DNA of 64,000 nucleotides from Promethearchaeota archaeon (GCA_016839705.1 JAEOTR010000046.1:1-64000), one strand, 5' to 3'; counted from the stretch's first letter, positions 19,734-30,137 are shown. Made by a program: numbers and translations. The notes: generated by a model not told the origin, from the sequence alone.

Positions 19734-20156
19734 TTAATCTCCAATAATAGTACAGTAAATCGTCCTTGATCGAGGTCTTTCATCACATTCGATAAATGCG
19801 ATCTGTTGCCAAGTTCCTAGTATAAGTTTTTTATTCTTAAATGGGAATGATTGAGAAGTTTTAATGAGAAAACTCCTTAAGTGACCTGCCCCATTATGAT
19901 CACCCCATGTTTTCGTATGAGCATATTGATCTCCATATGGTATTAATTTTTCGAGGAGTTCTTTAATATCATTTTGTACTAATCCTGGTTCATATTCAAT
20001 AGTAGAAATTGCTGCAGTAGAACCTGCTACGTGCACATTAACTATCCCAATCTTAATTTCACCTTTATTAAGTGAATTTTGAACCTGTTTAGTGATATTA
20101 ATCACATCGCAATATGCTTTTGATCTTAGTTCAAATGATTGAATATCTACTGTCAT
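19734..20156 (-). CDS. yjbQ: YjbQ/UPF0047 family protein
   Basis: GSTAAISTIEYEPGL, NGAGHLRS, LGTWQQI. Confidence 0.9.
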   Translation of the reverse strand: MTVDIQSFELRSKAYCDVINITKQVQNSLNKGEIKIGIVNVHVAGSTAAISTIEYEPGLVQNDIKELLEKLIPYGDQYAHTKTWGDHNGAGHLRSFLIKTSQSFPFKNKKLILGTWQQIAFIECDERPRSRTIYCTIIGD

Positions 20157-21205
20157 TATTTCTTTTTCCTTCTTTCACATTGGTTAATATTTTTAATTTG
20201 TTTTATTACAGAATGAGGTAAATTTTTTTCATTACCCTCCTTCAATGCGAGGATCTTTGCTAAAATAAGAAGTTCATTCTGGTTAAATCCTATAATGTTA
20301 GTCCAACCACTTGATTCTCCTGCTTCTATACATATAAAGTAAGGTGAATTTTTAAATTTTGAACATTTCTTATCTTTACATTTTTCACATATTTCAGGAA
20401 AGTAGTATACTTTCCCATTCTTGAGAAATAATGAAAATTTTCCGAAATTTTTATTAATTATTTTAATCCAATTTGGAGAGTCATATTCAATTTCTAAATC
20501 TAAACTCTGAATATAGGTATTTAAAAGTTCAAGATTGATGGGCTGTTGATTAGAATTTAAATCATGGGTCTCTGGTTCATAATAATCATTACATTCATCT
20601 CTTATAACTGAATGGCCAAATAAAGAATCGATATGGATAAAATCAATGATAATTTTGCTTTCCATTTCCTTTTCCTTTATTCTTTGTAAAAATAAGGATG
20701 ATATTTGTTTAAACATTTCAGTTTGATCAGAAATCTCAAACGTCTCAATTTTATGATCAAGTGTAATTGAAACAAAGGCTTCGCTGTTGAAATAAGAGTC
20801 TATAATATCCTTTTGAGAGAGATTTTCAAGAATAACACAAAAAACTAAGGAAATCTCCGGGGATATATGCTGAATTTCATCGACATACTGCTTTATTTGG
20901 CTAATCTTCTCCTCTGATACAAAAAATATTATAGCATCAGCACCGGAATAGAAGGTTTTTCTTAAAAATGCTCTATTTTGACCACAATCTATATTCCATA
21001 GAAGAAATTCAAATTTTTGATTAAATTTGTAGAAAAAATCAATTTTGCTTATATTTACACCAATATTATGCTTGTTTTCTATTGGTAAACAATTAGAACT
21101 CATTCTTTTTTGAAACTCATCTTTGTAATTTTCATAACCCCCGAGTATACATATCTTCTTTTTCATGTATACTTTAATTGGTTCAAGAGTCTCATAAGAG
21201 TGCAA
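20156..21205 (-). CDS. Degenerate Rab/Roc-like GTPase-fold protein with Cys-rich C-terminus
   Basis: KKICILGGYENYK, IGVNI, LWNIDCGQ, FYSGADAIIF; CEKCKDKKC. Confidence 0.65.
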   Translation of the reverse strand: MHSYETLEPIKVYMKKKICILGGYENYKDEFQKRMSSNCLPIENKHNIGVNISKIDFFYKFNQKFEFLLWNIDCGQNRAFLRKTFYSGADAIIFFVSEEKISQIKQYVDEIQHISPEISLVFCVILENLSQKDIIDSYFNSEAFVSITLDHKIETFEISDQTEMFKQISSLFLQRIKEKEMESKIIIDFIHIDSLFGHSVIRDECNDYYEPETHDLNSNQQPINLELLNTYIQSLDLEIEYDSPNWIKIINKNFGKFSLFLKNGKVYYFPEICEKCKDKKCSKFKNSPYFICIEAGESSGWTNIIGFNQNELLILAKILALKEGNEKNLPHSVIKQIKNINQCERRKKK

Positions 21206-21306
21206 ATTGACTTCCTCATAAAATATTTAAGCGAAATCCAAGAAATAATAAATTTTTTTATAAATTTTAATTTATTCTTTTTAAGGATTATTGCCTATAG
21301 AAATAA

Positions 21307-21726
21307 ATGATGAAAAAATTAGATGAGTTCTTAAAAAAAATACATGAGCCCAAATCCCAAATTCCAGAGTATGTAAGTATCATAGTAAAACCAGGTAAAA
21401 AGGTTTCCGATATTAAAATTAAGAAGGAAACTGCAAACATTTTAAAAGTTATTGCTCACGAAGAAAATAAAACAGGATGGTTTCTACATTCTGTACATAT
21501 TCCTTTAAAGAATTTAGGTTTAACTTTTGATTCTAAAGATAAGGAAATATTAGAATTTTTGTCTGAACCTTCTAGAATTAAAAACAAGTTAACCAGGGAT
21601 TATGTAGAAAAGATATTAAGAAAATATATATCTATTTTACCAGAAAAGAAAAAACATTTTTTTAAAACTGAACGATTTAGAAAAAAGAAAGAATTTAAAA
21701 CTGGAGCTCAACTAAAGGGATTCTAG
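21307..21726 (+). CDS. Hypothetical basic protein
   Basis: 139 aa ORF, no recognised motif. Confidence 0.6.
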   Translation: MMKKLDEFLKKIHEPKSQIPEYVSIIVKPGKKVSDIKIKKETANILKVIAHEENKTGWFLHSVHIPLKNLGLTFDSKDKEILEFLSEPSRIKNKLTRDYVEKILRKYISILPEKKKHFFKTERFRKKKEFKTGAQLKGF

Positions 21727-21765
21727 CATAGAATCAGTTTTTATTAAAATTTAGTAATTAACTTT

Positions 21766-22632
21766 CTAACTTCTTAGGGGCATCCCATTAAAACTAATAA
21801 TTTCTTTTGTTTTTGGTTTTCTCTCACGATAAGGATTTTTTCTATCTATTATTTTTCTACCAAATGTAAGATAACCTGTATGACCTATCATTCTTACTTC
21901 AGGATGAGTAGCATTTCTTTTAACTTGGATTTTTCTCTTAATTAATTCATAGGTATTAATTTCTATAAAATTTTGCTCTCTCAAAGCAAATGTTGTTTTT
22001 TTCACCTGTTCGATAGTAGGGGAGAAGGAAAGAATTGTACCGCTTTGTTTTAGATATAATTTTGCTTTTTGAATCGCATTCCAGGGTTCAGCAATATCTA
22101 AAACTACTGAATCTACATCAGTATGATTTAATTCGTCGGTTATTATGTTTCCATAATTAATTGACACAAATTCTTGCAGTCTTGCTGTTTCTATATTCTT
22201 CTTTGTTCTTCTCAATGATTTTTCTCGAATATCGTAGGAGAAAATATGTCCCTGAGGGCGAATATAATTCCCTAAAATACAGGTCAAAGCTCCAGAGCCA
22301 CATCCCGCTTCAATAACAATACTCCCGGGTTGGATGCCTGAGTAAAGTAAAACCATTCCAGCATCTTCGGGATAAATTATTTGAGTCTTTCTAATCATAT
22401 GTAATACATAATCAGAGATTAATGGTTTTAATATGTAAAATTTGTACCCTTGTGTTTCATAAGGTTTTGAGAATACGACTGTCCCAAATTTTTTACCAAT
22501 TATATCATCAAATTCAATAATTCCTTTATGAGTATGGAAAGTTTCTCCAGGTTTCACAGGAAGTATCCATCTTCTTCTGTCGTCAAGGATTAAAAAGACT
22601 AAATCATTTTCTTTTATTGTTTCAACGGTCAT
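21766..22632 (-). CDS. trmI: tRNA (adenine-N1)-methyltransferase TrmI/Trm61
   Basis: FHTHKG, RKTQIIYPED, EAGCGSGALT, LDIAEPW, FSPTIEQV, IGHTGYL. Confidence 0.93.
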   Translation of the reverse strand: MTVETIKENDLVFLILDDRRRWILPVKPGETFHTHKGIIEFDDIIGKKFGTVVFSKPYETQGYKFYILKPLISDYVLHMIRKTQIIYPEDAGMVLLYSGIQPGSIVIEAGCGSGALTCILGNYIRPQGHIFSYDIREKSLRRTKKNIETARLQEFVSINYGNIITDELNHTDVDSVVLDIAEPWNAIQKAKLYLKQSGTILSFSPTIEQVKKTTFALREQNFIEINTYELIKRKIQVKRNATHPEVRMIGHTGYLTFGRKIIDRKNPYRERKPKTKEIISFNGMPLRS

Positions 22633-22804
22633 TTTTCCGGTTGATTTTTACTATTGTTAAAGTACAAAAACTTTTAATTTTTTATCATTAGACTTTCTTT
22701 ATTAACTAATTTGATTACAAAAAATATATAAAACATACATTATTGCATTATTTAAACTGTTTAAATAAATTCCTTTTTATAAATACTCTGTAAAGTATGA
22801 ATTT

Positions 22805-23713
22805 ATGAGTAGAAACAATTCTAAAATCTCCCAAAATTCTCGCACGTCCTTTAGAGACCTTCAAATCTTAATCGAAGATTTACGTCAAAAAAGAGATAAT
22901 TTTAACCTTAAAACTAAAGATTTCATTAACGAACTCCAAGAAATTGAAACGGAAATTAACTCTAATTTAAAACTTGCAAAAGAAAAATATAAAAAGAAAA
23001 GAGATTATTGGAATGACAAAGTAAAAGAACTAAAGGACAAAAAACTTGAATATAAAACTCTTTTAGACACACTAATTGAAGAAAAAAAAACGGTTCAAAA
23101 AAATAATAACTCATCAATAAGGCCAATTTCTATAAAACAAGTAGAGCGGCAAATAAGCAATTTAGAAAGAAGAATTGAGACAGATAATCTTGATATAGCA
23201 GAAGAAAATAATATTATAGACAAAATTAAAGATCTAGCCGAATCCAAGCAACAATTTTTAGCTGCCCAACAAAATAGCGATTACTTCAAAATTGAAAGAA
23301 AAATAGAAATTGTTAAAATAAATCTTAATAGGATCTATGAGCAATTAAACAAGTGGTCTAATAAATCTCAAGAAAATCACGCGAAAATGTTAGATATTTT
23401 CAAGAAAGTCGATGAATTAAGAGAGCAGAAAAGAAAAAGAGAAGAAGATCTTATAGAAAACAAAAGGGCTGCTGACCGTTATCACGAACAATATTTACAG
23501 GTAATGAACCAAAGAAAGAAAATCTCGAAAGGGAAAAAACCTTATACCCCGAATAAAAAACCACCTGCAAGAATTAAACAAGGTAAAAATAAAAATGAAA
23601 TGATGGAAAAAATCAAAGAAAACAAGCTAGCAGAAGCAATAGAAAAACAAAAAGCAGGTAAAAAGTTAAATTTATTTGAAGCTCGATTAATTCTAGAAAA
23701 ATCTGAAAGATAA
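22805..23713 (+). CDS. Archaeal long coiled-coil protein (COG1340-like)
   Basis: Heptad-rich K/E/Q/N sequence; C-terminal AGKKLNLFE. Confidence 0.7.
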   Translation: MSRNNSKISQNSRTSFRDLQILIEDLRQKRDNFNLKTKDFINELQEIETEINSNLKLAKEKYKKKRDYWNDKVKELKDKKLEYKTLLDTLIEEKKTVQKNNNSSIRPISIKQVERQISNLERRIETDNLDIAEENNIIDKIKDLAESKQQFLAAQQNSDYFKIERKIEIVKINLNRIYEQLNKWSNKSQENHAKMLDIFKKVDELREQKRKREEDLIENKRAADRYHEQYLQVMNQRKKISKGKKPYTPNKKPPARIKQGKNKNEMMEKIKENKLAEAIEKQKAGKKLNLFEARLILEKSER

Positions 23714-23904
23714 TATTGAAATCTAGCAATATTAGTTTTTTCTCTTAATGAATTGTTTTACTGTTATTAGTGAGAGTTTAATGTAGGATTTATTTCTATT
23801 AAGTATAATTGCTCAAATCTTTAAAATTTCTGTCATAATATTTAATAAAATTGATGAGTTATTTTTTTATTAACTTTTAAATGTAAAGATGGATTTGTTT
23901 AAAA

Positions 23905-25233
23905 TTGCACAAAAAGGTAGCTGAAATCAGGGAATTAATGATCAAGCATCATGAATGGTTTAGAGAATCTATTCCTTTAATTGCATCAGAGAATATAACT
24001 AGTCCAGCTGTTGATGAAGCATGTTCTTGTGATTTTTCGCACCGCTACGCAGAGGGGTGGTCAGGCCAGAGAGTATATGCCGGTTGTTCATTCATTGATG
24101 AAATAGAGGATATCTGTATGGATCTCGCTAAAGAATATTATCAATGCATTCATGCAGATGTACGTCCCATTTCTGGAGTGGTCGCAAATTTAGTGATGTA
24201 TAATGCATTTACTTCAGATAATAATGGTAAAATGTGTTGTATGTCTATAGTCAGAGGTGGACATATCTCACATGGTCCAAGATACGCAAAAAGTGGAAGA
24301 GAAATTTTTGGAACTGCTGGAACAACTAGAGGAATTAATGTGGAATATTTAGCTTTTAACAACGATGAAATGAATCTAGATATTGATGCTTCTGCAAAGA
24401 TAATCAGAGATTTTAAACCAGAGTTAGTTTTATTTGGGGGATCATTGTTCTTATTCCCACATCCTGTAAAAGAACTAAGTGATGTTGCAAAAGAAATTGG
24501 AGCGAATGTAGGTTATGATGCTGCCCATGTAGCCGGATTAATTGGATCTGGATATTTTCAGGATCCCTTAAGAGAAGGTGCAGATGTAATGACAATGAGT
24601 ACTCATAAAACACTTCCAGGACCGCAGCATGGTGCTCTTGTATCGAATAGAGAAGATTTAATCGATAAACTAAGATCTTGTGCTTTCCCTGCTTTACTTT
24701 CTAACCATCATCTTCATAATGTCGCTGGTTTAGCAATAGCTTTGGCAGAAATGTTAGAATATGGAAAAGAATATCATAAAAATGTAATCGAAAATGCAAA
24801 AGCTCTAGGACAGGCTTTGCATGATCAGGGGTTAAATGTGTTAATGGAACATAAGGGTTTTACTGAATCCCATCAAATTGTAGTCGATATCACAGAGTTT
24901 CAAAAATCTATTGGGTTAGGTGGTGATATTGAGAGATTATTAGAAAAAGCAAATATTATTCTTAATCGCAACGGGATACCCTCTGATTTAACGGCAGGTA
25001 GACATTATCAAAATCCTGGAGGTTTACGGATCGGAACCTCTGAAATCACTAGACTTGGTATGAAGAAAGGCGATATGGTTGATATCGCTGAATTTTTTAG
25101 AAAATTGATGATAGAGAAGAAAGATCCAAAAATAATAAAAAAAGAAGTTGTTGAATTTAAGAAGGAATTTCAAGAAATTAAGTATTGTTTTGAGTCTTCA
25201 AATAAAGCATATGAATTTATGAGATTTTATTAA
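23905..25233 (+). CDS. glyA: Serine hydroxymethyltransferase (archaeal type)
   Basis: LIASEN, RYAEG, GGHISH, YDAAH, STHKTLPGPQ, GLRIGTSE. Confidence 0.95.
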   Translation: MHKKVAEIRELMIKHHEWFRESIPLIASENITSPAVDEACSCDFSHRYAEGWSGQRVYAGCSFIDEIEDICMDLAKEYYQCIHADVRPISGVVANLVMYNAFTSDNNGKMCCMSIVRGGHISHGPRYAKSGREIFGTAGTTRGINVEYLAFNNDEMNLDIDASAKIIRDFKPELVLFGGSLFLFPHPVKELSDVAKEIGANVGYDAAHVAGLIGSGYFQDPLREGADVMTMSTHKTLPGPQHGALVSNREDLIDKLRSCAFPALLSNHHLHNVAGLAIALAEMLEYGKEYHKNVIENAKALGQALHDQGLNVLMEHKGFTESHQIVVDITEFQKSIGLGGDIERLLEKANIILNRNGIPSDLTAGRHYQNPGGLRIGTSEITRLGMKKGDMVDIAEFFRKLMIEKKDPKIIKKEVVEFKKEFQEIKYCFESSNKAYEFMRFY

Positions 25234-25389
25234 TTTTCAATAACCTTTCTTTTTAATTCTTTAATCTATGGTAAGGTCTAAGCCTTCTGCATTACTTTAC
25301 GCTCAATAGATAACAATAAAACTTATCTTATATGATGAATTTAGGTGATCATTCACATTTTGTTATTAATTAATTTGTTCTAAACTATC

Positions 25390-26223
25390 ATGGATATCAA
25401 AGTCCTAGAAAAAACCGAACGTAAGTTAATATTCGTTGTAGAGGATATCTCAATTGAAATGGCAAATGCTATAAGAAGAATTGCGTTGTCTGAGATACCT
25501 GTTATGGCAATAGATGAGGTTATTGTATTAAAGAATGATAGTCCTCTTTATGATGAGATTATAGCTCATAGACTTGGTATGATTCCTCTAACTACAGACC
25601 TGGATTCCTATAAGCTACCACAGGATTGTGATTGTGGTGGCTACGGGTGTCCTCTTTGCCAGGTTTCGCTTACATGTGAGGTTATAAACACCACAAACGC
25701 ACCGTTAGAAGTTTATTCAGGTGATTTAAAATCAAATGACCCAAAAATAACACCTGTTGATTCACGAATACCTATAGTGAAAATTGATAAGAATGATCAA
25801 TTGATCCTTGAAGCTTATGCACTCTTGGGTAAAGCAAAAGAACATGTTAAATGGCAAGCTGTTTCTAATATTTTTTATAGATTCTATCCTGAAATTGAAT
25901 TTGATAGTAATAAATGTGCAAAGTGTTCAGACAAATGTCTTGTATCGAGAATGTGTCCTGAGAAATTATATGATTTTTCTAACGGGAAAGTACCCGTACT
26001 AATAGAAGATTATTGGAAAACCTGTACATTATGTAAATCATGTGAAATGGATTGTATAGAGGAGGCTGTAAAAATAAGAATTAAAGATAATACATACATT
26101 TTCTCTATTGAAAGTGATGGGGTTTTACCATTTAATGTAATTCTTCAAAAGACATTTGAAATCTTTTTAGAAAAAATTGATGAGTTTGTTGAAAGACTTG
26201 AAGCTCTTGAGATAGAATCGTGA
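25390..26223 (+). CDS. rpoD: DNA-directed RNA polymerase subunit D (Rpo3)
   Basis: ANAIRR, DEIIAHRLGMIPL, HVKWQ, IESDG; ferredoxin-like Cys insert. Confidence 0.95.
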   Translation: MDIKVLEKTERKLIFVVEDISIEMANAIRRIALSEIPVMAIDEVIVLKNDSPLYDEIIAHRLGMIPLTTDLDSYKLPQDCDCGGYGCPLCQVSLTCEVINTTNAPLEVYSGDLKSNDPKITPVDSRIPIVKIDKNDQLILEAYALLGKAKEHVKWQAVSNIFYRFYPEIEFDSNKCAKCSDKCLVSRMCPEKLYDFSNGKVPVLIEDYWKTCTLCKSCEMDCIEEAVKIRIKDNTYIFSIESDGVLPFNVILQKTFEIFLEKIDEFVERLEALEIES

Positions 26224-26290
26224 AATATCAAAAATTTATTATAATATCAAATATTTTGTATAATAATTAAAGTAAGAGTATTGATTCATT

Positions 26291-26647
26291 ATGTCTCATA
26301 AAATCACGGGTCCGAGCAACTATTACGTGAGAAAATTAATTAGAGATTTATGGAAAACTAGAATAAAGATATGGCGAAAAATCTCTAAAAAATTAGGTGG
26401 TCCTAGAAAAAATAAAGTTTCCCCAAATTTATACCGAATTAACAAAAAAACTAAAGAAAATGATGTCATTGTCATACCTGGTAAAATATTGGGGATGGGG
26501 GAATTAAATCATACTCTAACAATTGCTTGTTTAGAATGTTCAAATTCGGCAAGAAAAAAAATTATCTCTTCAGGAAGTAAGTTAATATCTATAGAAGAAT
26601 TATTAGAACAAAACCCAAAAGGAAGCGGTGTAAAAGTATTTTATTAA
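26291..26647 (+). CDS. rpl18e: 50S ribosomal protein L18e
   Basis: VIPGKILGMG, NPKGSGVK; rpoD-L18e-L13-S9 order. Confidence 0.93.
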   Translation: MSHKITGPSNYYVRKLIRDLWKTRIKIWRKISKKLGGPRKNKVSPNLYRINKKTKENDVIVIPGKILGMGELNHTLTIACLECSNSARKKIISSGSKLISIEELLEQNPKGSGVKVFY

Positions 26648-26674
26648 ACTAAATGAAAAGAGCGTGTTACTGTC

Positions 26675-27148
26675 ATGGTGATAGAATATCAATTAATCGA
26701 CGCAACTAATAAAATTTTAGGACGATTTTGCAGTCAAATCGCAAAAAAAGCGTTATTAGGAGAATATATTGTTATTATTAATGCCAAAGATGCTATTATA
26801 AGCGGAACTAAGAGAAATATTCATGAAAAATACTTAGCAAAATTGAACATTTCTACTGCAACCAATCCTTTGAAAGGTCCGTTTCACGAAAGAAGACCTG
26901 ATACTTTTATGCGAAGAGTTATAAAACAGATGCTTCCAAGAAAAAAATTTCGAGGAAAAGAAGCCCTTAAAAGAATCCATGTGTATATTTCAGATATCCC
27001 TGAACGTTTTAAAATAAGATATCAAAAAATTGTTCCTATTGAAATCGATTATGCTGATAAAAGACGTCTTTCTCATTACAATAAGTATATAACATTAGAA
27101 AATCTTTGCATGCGTATAGGATGGAACAAAAAAGAAATCGAGGCGTAA
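26675..27148 (+). CDS. rpl13: 50S ribosomal protein L13
   Basis: IDATNKILGR, GPFHERRP, MLPRKK..GKEALKR. Confidence 0.93.
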   Translation: MVIEYQLIDATNKILGRFCSQIAKKALLGEYIVIINAKDAIISGTKRNIHEKYLAKLNISTATNPLKGPFHERRPDTFMRRVIKQMLPRKKFRGKEALKRIHVYISDIPERFKIRYQKIVPIEIDYADKRRLSHYNKYITLENLCMRIGWNKKEIEA

Positions 27149-27154
27149 TAAATC

Positions 27155-27565
27155 ATGTCATTGAAAGTAGTACAAGCATCAGGTAAAAGAAAAAGCGCTA
27201 TAGCCAGAGCGGTATTAACTTATCCCTCTAAAGGTCAAATTAAAATTAATCGGGTTCCACTTCATCTGTATGAGCCTGAGATAGCACGGTTTAGGATCCA
27301 AGAAGTTCTTGAAATTGTGAATCATCCCAAGCTTGAAAAATGTGACATTGATGTACGAGTTAAGGGGGGGGGCATAATGGGGCAAACCGATGCGGTCAGA
27401 ATTGCAATTGCTAAATCAATTCAAAAATTTATAGGAACTAAGACAATTGAGCGAACATTTAGAGAATATGATGATTCTTTATTGAGTGGAGATTCTAGAA
27501 GAACTGAACCAAAGAAATTTGGCGGTAAAAAAGCTCGAGCTCGCAGACAGAAAAGTTTCAGATAA
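27155..27565 (+). CDS. rps9: 30S ribosomal protein S9
   Basis: GKRKSAIARA, GGGIMGQ, RRTEPKKFGG..ARARRQKSFR. Confidence 0.95.
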   Translation: MSLKVVQASGKRKSAIARAVLTYPSKGQIKINRVPLHLYEPEIARFRIQEVLEIVNHPKLEKCDIDVRVKGGGIMGQTDAVRIAIAKSIQKFIGTKTIERTFREYDDSLLSGDSRRTEPKKFGGKKARARRQKSFR

Positions 27566-27577
27566 TATTTAATTTTA

Positions 27578-28894
27578 TTAGGGAATCTTGATCTGAGCAC
27601 CTAATTTTGCTAGATCCTCTAAAAAAGAGGGATATGAATCTTTTACAATATGAATATTTCTAATTTTCGAATTTGAAGTAGCGTACAATGCAGCAATTGT
27701 ACATGCCATTGCTACCCTATGATCATTTTCATGATCAATAATTGTTCCTCTCAATTTATTACAATTATAGATTGTTAATTTATCATCTTCTTCTAAAACA
27801 TTAATTCCCATTTTAGTTAGCTCTCTTGCCATTGAAGAAATTCGGTCACTCTCTTTAAGTCGGAGGTGTTTAGCATTATAAAGAACGGTTTTTCCTTTAG
27901 CAAAAGCACCTACAACCGATAAAATTGGAAAAAGATCAGGAATATCATTACAATCAATCTCCAGTCCGTTTAAAGGATGTGAAGTTAGATCTCCGATTAT
28001 GATTACCTGTTTCTTTGTTTCGTCCACTTCGATATTTGCTCCCATTTCTTTTAAAATCTCAACTATTTTTTTATCCCCTTGGTGATTATTCATACTAAGG
28101 TTATTGATAACAATTTTTGTAGGATCATTCGATAAAACCGCCGCTGCTATAATAAATGCAGAGGAAGAGAAATCTCCAGGGATGTCATAAGATTGAGCTC
28201 TAAAATTCTGCTCAATTGTTATGTAAAATTTCCCTTTTTCAAAATTTTCTTGTATATTAATCCCAAATGTGTTGAGTACATCCAAAGTAATTTTAACATA
28301 AGGAACAGAAACTAAGGGAGTAGTTAGCTCAATTTCAACATAGTCTTTATCCTTACATGTTAATAAAGGGCAGATAAATAATAATGCAGTAATAAATTGA
28401 GAGCTAATATCTCCAGGGATGGTAACTTTTTTACACAAAATCTTTTTGCGTTTAATCTTTACAATATCCTCCGATAATTCGTATTTTGCTCCTAAAATTT
28501 TTAAAGCATTGAGTAGTGGGATAATAGGTCTTTTTCGCTTTATAAAATCTCCCGTTAAAACAAGACCCCCTTTAACAAGAAGGCTTAAAGCACAAAAAAT
28601 TCGAACAGTCGTTCCAGAGTTTCCACAATCAAGAGTATTATTGGTAGATTTAAATGATTCTTTATCCCTTTTAACGATGTAAGAGTTTTCACTTGATTTC
28701 ATTATTTTAACGCCTAAAGCCTTTAAATTTTTAATAGTTATATCAGCATCACCAGTGGTGATTGGATTTTTAATCACAGAAATCCCTTCAGCGAGACTTG
28801 CAGCAATAAAGGCTCTATGTGTATAACTTTTTGAACCAGGTGCTGTTATTTCACCCTTTAAACTTTTAAGTAATGGGTATATTTCAGTATCCAT
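27578..28894 (-). CDS. aroA: EPSP synthase
   Basis: PGSKSYTHR, CGNSGTT, SSQF, GDFSS, LRLKESDR, DHR. Confidence 0.95.
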   Translation of the reverse strand: MDTEIYPLLKSLKGEITAPGSKSYTHRAFIAASLAEGISVIKNPITTGDADITIKNLKALGVKIMKSSENSYIVKRDKESFKSTNNTLDCGNSGTTVRIFCALSLLVKGGLVLTGDFIKRKRPIIPLLNALKILGAKYELSEDIVKIKRKKILCKKVTIPGDISSQFITALLFICPLLTCKDKDYVEIELTTPLVSVPYVKITLDVLNTFGINIQENFEKGKFYITIEQNFRAQSYDIPGDFSSSAFIIAAAVLSNDPTKIVINNLSMNNHQGDKKIVEILKEMGANIEVDETKKQVIIIGDLTSHPLNGLEIDCNDIPDLFPILSVVGAFAKGKTVLYNAKHLRLKESDRISSMARELTKMGINVLEEDDKLTIYNCNKLRGTIIDHENDHRVAMACTIAALYATSNSKIRNIHIVKDSYPSFLEDLAKLGAQIKIP

Positions 28895-28963
28895 TAAATG
28901 ATAAATAGAAAATAATAGATATAATATTAATTAAATAATATTGTAAAATAAAAATTAAAAGAT

Positions 28964-30076
28964 GTGATTCTTGTGGTTGATAATTCTTTAGGAACTCTTT
29001 TTAAACTAACTTCTTTTGGTGAGAGTCATGGTGATGTAATAGGAATAATTATAGATGGCACTCCAGCAGGGATTGAGTTAGATTTAGATAACATTCAGAA
29101 ACAAATGGATATGAGAAAACCTGGACAATCACATCTCACAACCTCTCGTAAAGAGGAAGATAAAGTTAAAGTGTTATCAGGAATCTTTAACAATAAAACA
29201 ACAGGGGCACCTATTTGCTTAATTATTAAAAATGAGGATAGAGACTCTTCTGAATATGAAAAATTTAGAAATTATCTGCGACCATCGCATATAGATTATA
29301 CTGCATTAAAGAAATACGGAGGTTTTAATGATTATAGGGGATCAGGACGATTTTCAGGGAGAATAACTGCTGGATTTGTAATGGCTGGAGCAATTGCTAA
29401 ACAGGTATTACGAAAATTTGAGATAATGATATTTGCCTATACAAAGAGAATAGGAAATGTTATCGATGAAAATAGTTATGATGAAATCAAGATTGAAACT
29501 CTTTTGGAACTAAGAGAGAAATCTCTTGTCAGAGCGGTCAATACTGAAAAATCCAAATTTATGAAAGGCTTGGTTGAAGATGTAAAGATAGAAAGAGATT
29601 CGATTGGAGGAGTAATTAGTTGTATTATCCGTGGATTTCCTGTTGGAAAGGGTGGACCCATTTTTAATAGTCTTGAATCAAACATAAGTAAAGCAATTTT
29701 CTCAATTCCAGCAATTAAAGGTATAGAATTTGGAGCCGGTTTTAATGCAGCAAGTATGAAAGGGTCGGAGCATAATGATCCGTGGATACTCAAAGGTGGT
29801 AAGATAATAACAAGTAAAAATGATTCTGGGGGCATAATTGGTGGAATTTCAACAGGTATGCCTATTGAGTTTTCAATTGCCGTAAAACCGACTGCCTCTA
29901 TTGGTCTCCCCCAAAAAACAGTAAATATTGGCACAATGGAAAATACTGAAATTGAATTCTCTGGTCGTCATGACCCGTGTATAGTTCCTAGAGTAATTCC
30001 AGTAGTGGAAGCAATGGTAGCAGTTGTTTTACTTGATTGCTTGTTAATCGATGGATTTATTCCAAGAGTATTTTAA
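28964..30076 (+). CDS. aroC: Chorismate synthase
   Basis: FGESHG, RPSH, GRFSGR, SIPAIKGIEFG, GGIIGGIS, GRHDPC. Confidence 0.95.
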   Translation: MILVVDNSLGTLFKLTSFGESHGDVIGIIIDGTPAGIELDLDNIQKQMDMRKPGQSHLTTSRKEEDKVKVLSGIFNNKTTGAPICLIIKNEDRDSSEYEKFRNYLRPSHIDYTALKKYGGFNDYRGSGRFSGRITAGFVMAGAIAKQVLRKFEIMIFAYTKRIGNVIDENSYDEIKIETLLELREKSLVRAVNTEKSKFMKGLVEDVKIERDSIGGVISCIIRGFPVGKGGPIFNSLESNISKAIFSIPAIKGIEFGAGFNAASMKGSEHNDPWILKGGKIITSKNDSGGIIGGISTGMPIEFSIAVKPTASIGLPQKTVNIGTMENTEIEFSGRHDPCIVPRVIPVVEAMVAVVLLDCLLIDGFIPRVF

Positions 30077-30137
30077 TAATATAAAATTCTTAACCAATTA
30101 AAATAATGTAAATATGATTGATGAATCGTGATTCATA

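Noticed and set aside
25312-25350. C/D-box sRNA upstream of rpoD (ATGATGA)
   Set aside because: No properly placed CTGA D box
28419-28682. Short antisense or alternate-frame ORFs in the track (e.g. 1452..1787, 3027..3410, 15165..15500, 28419..28682, 29476..29934, 49590..50087, 57945..58271)
   Set aside because: Shadows of well-supported genes, with no motifs of their own
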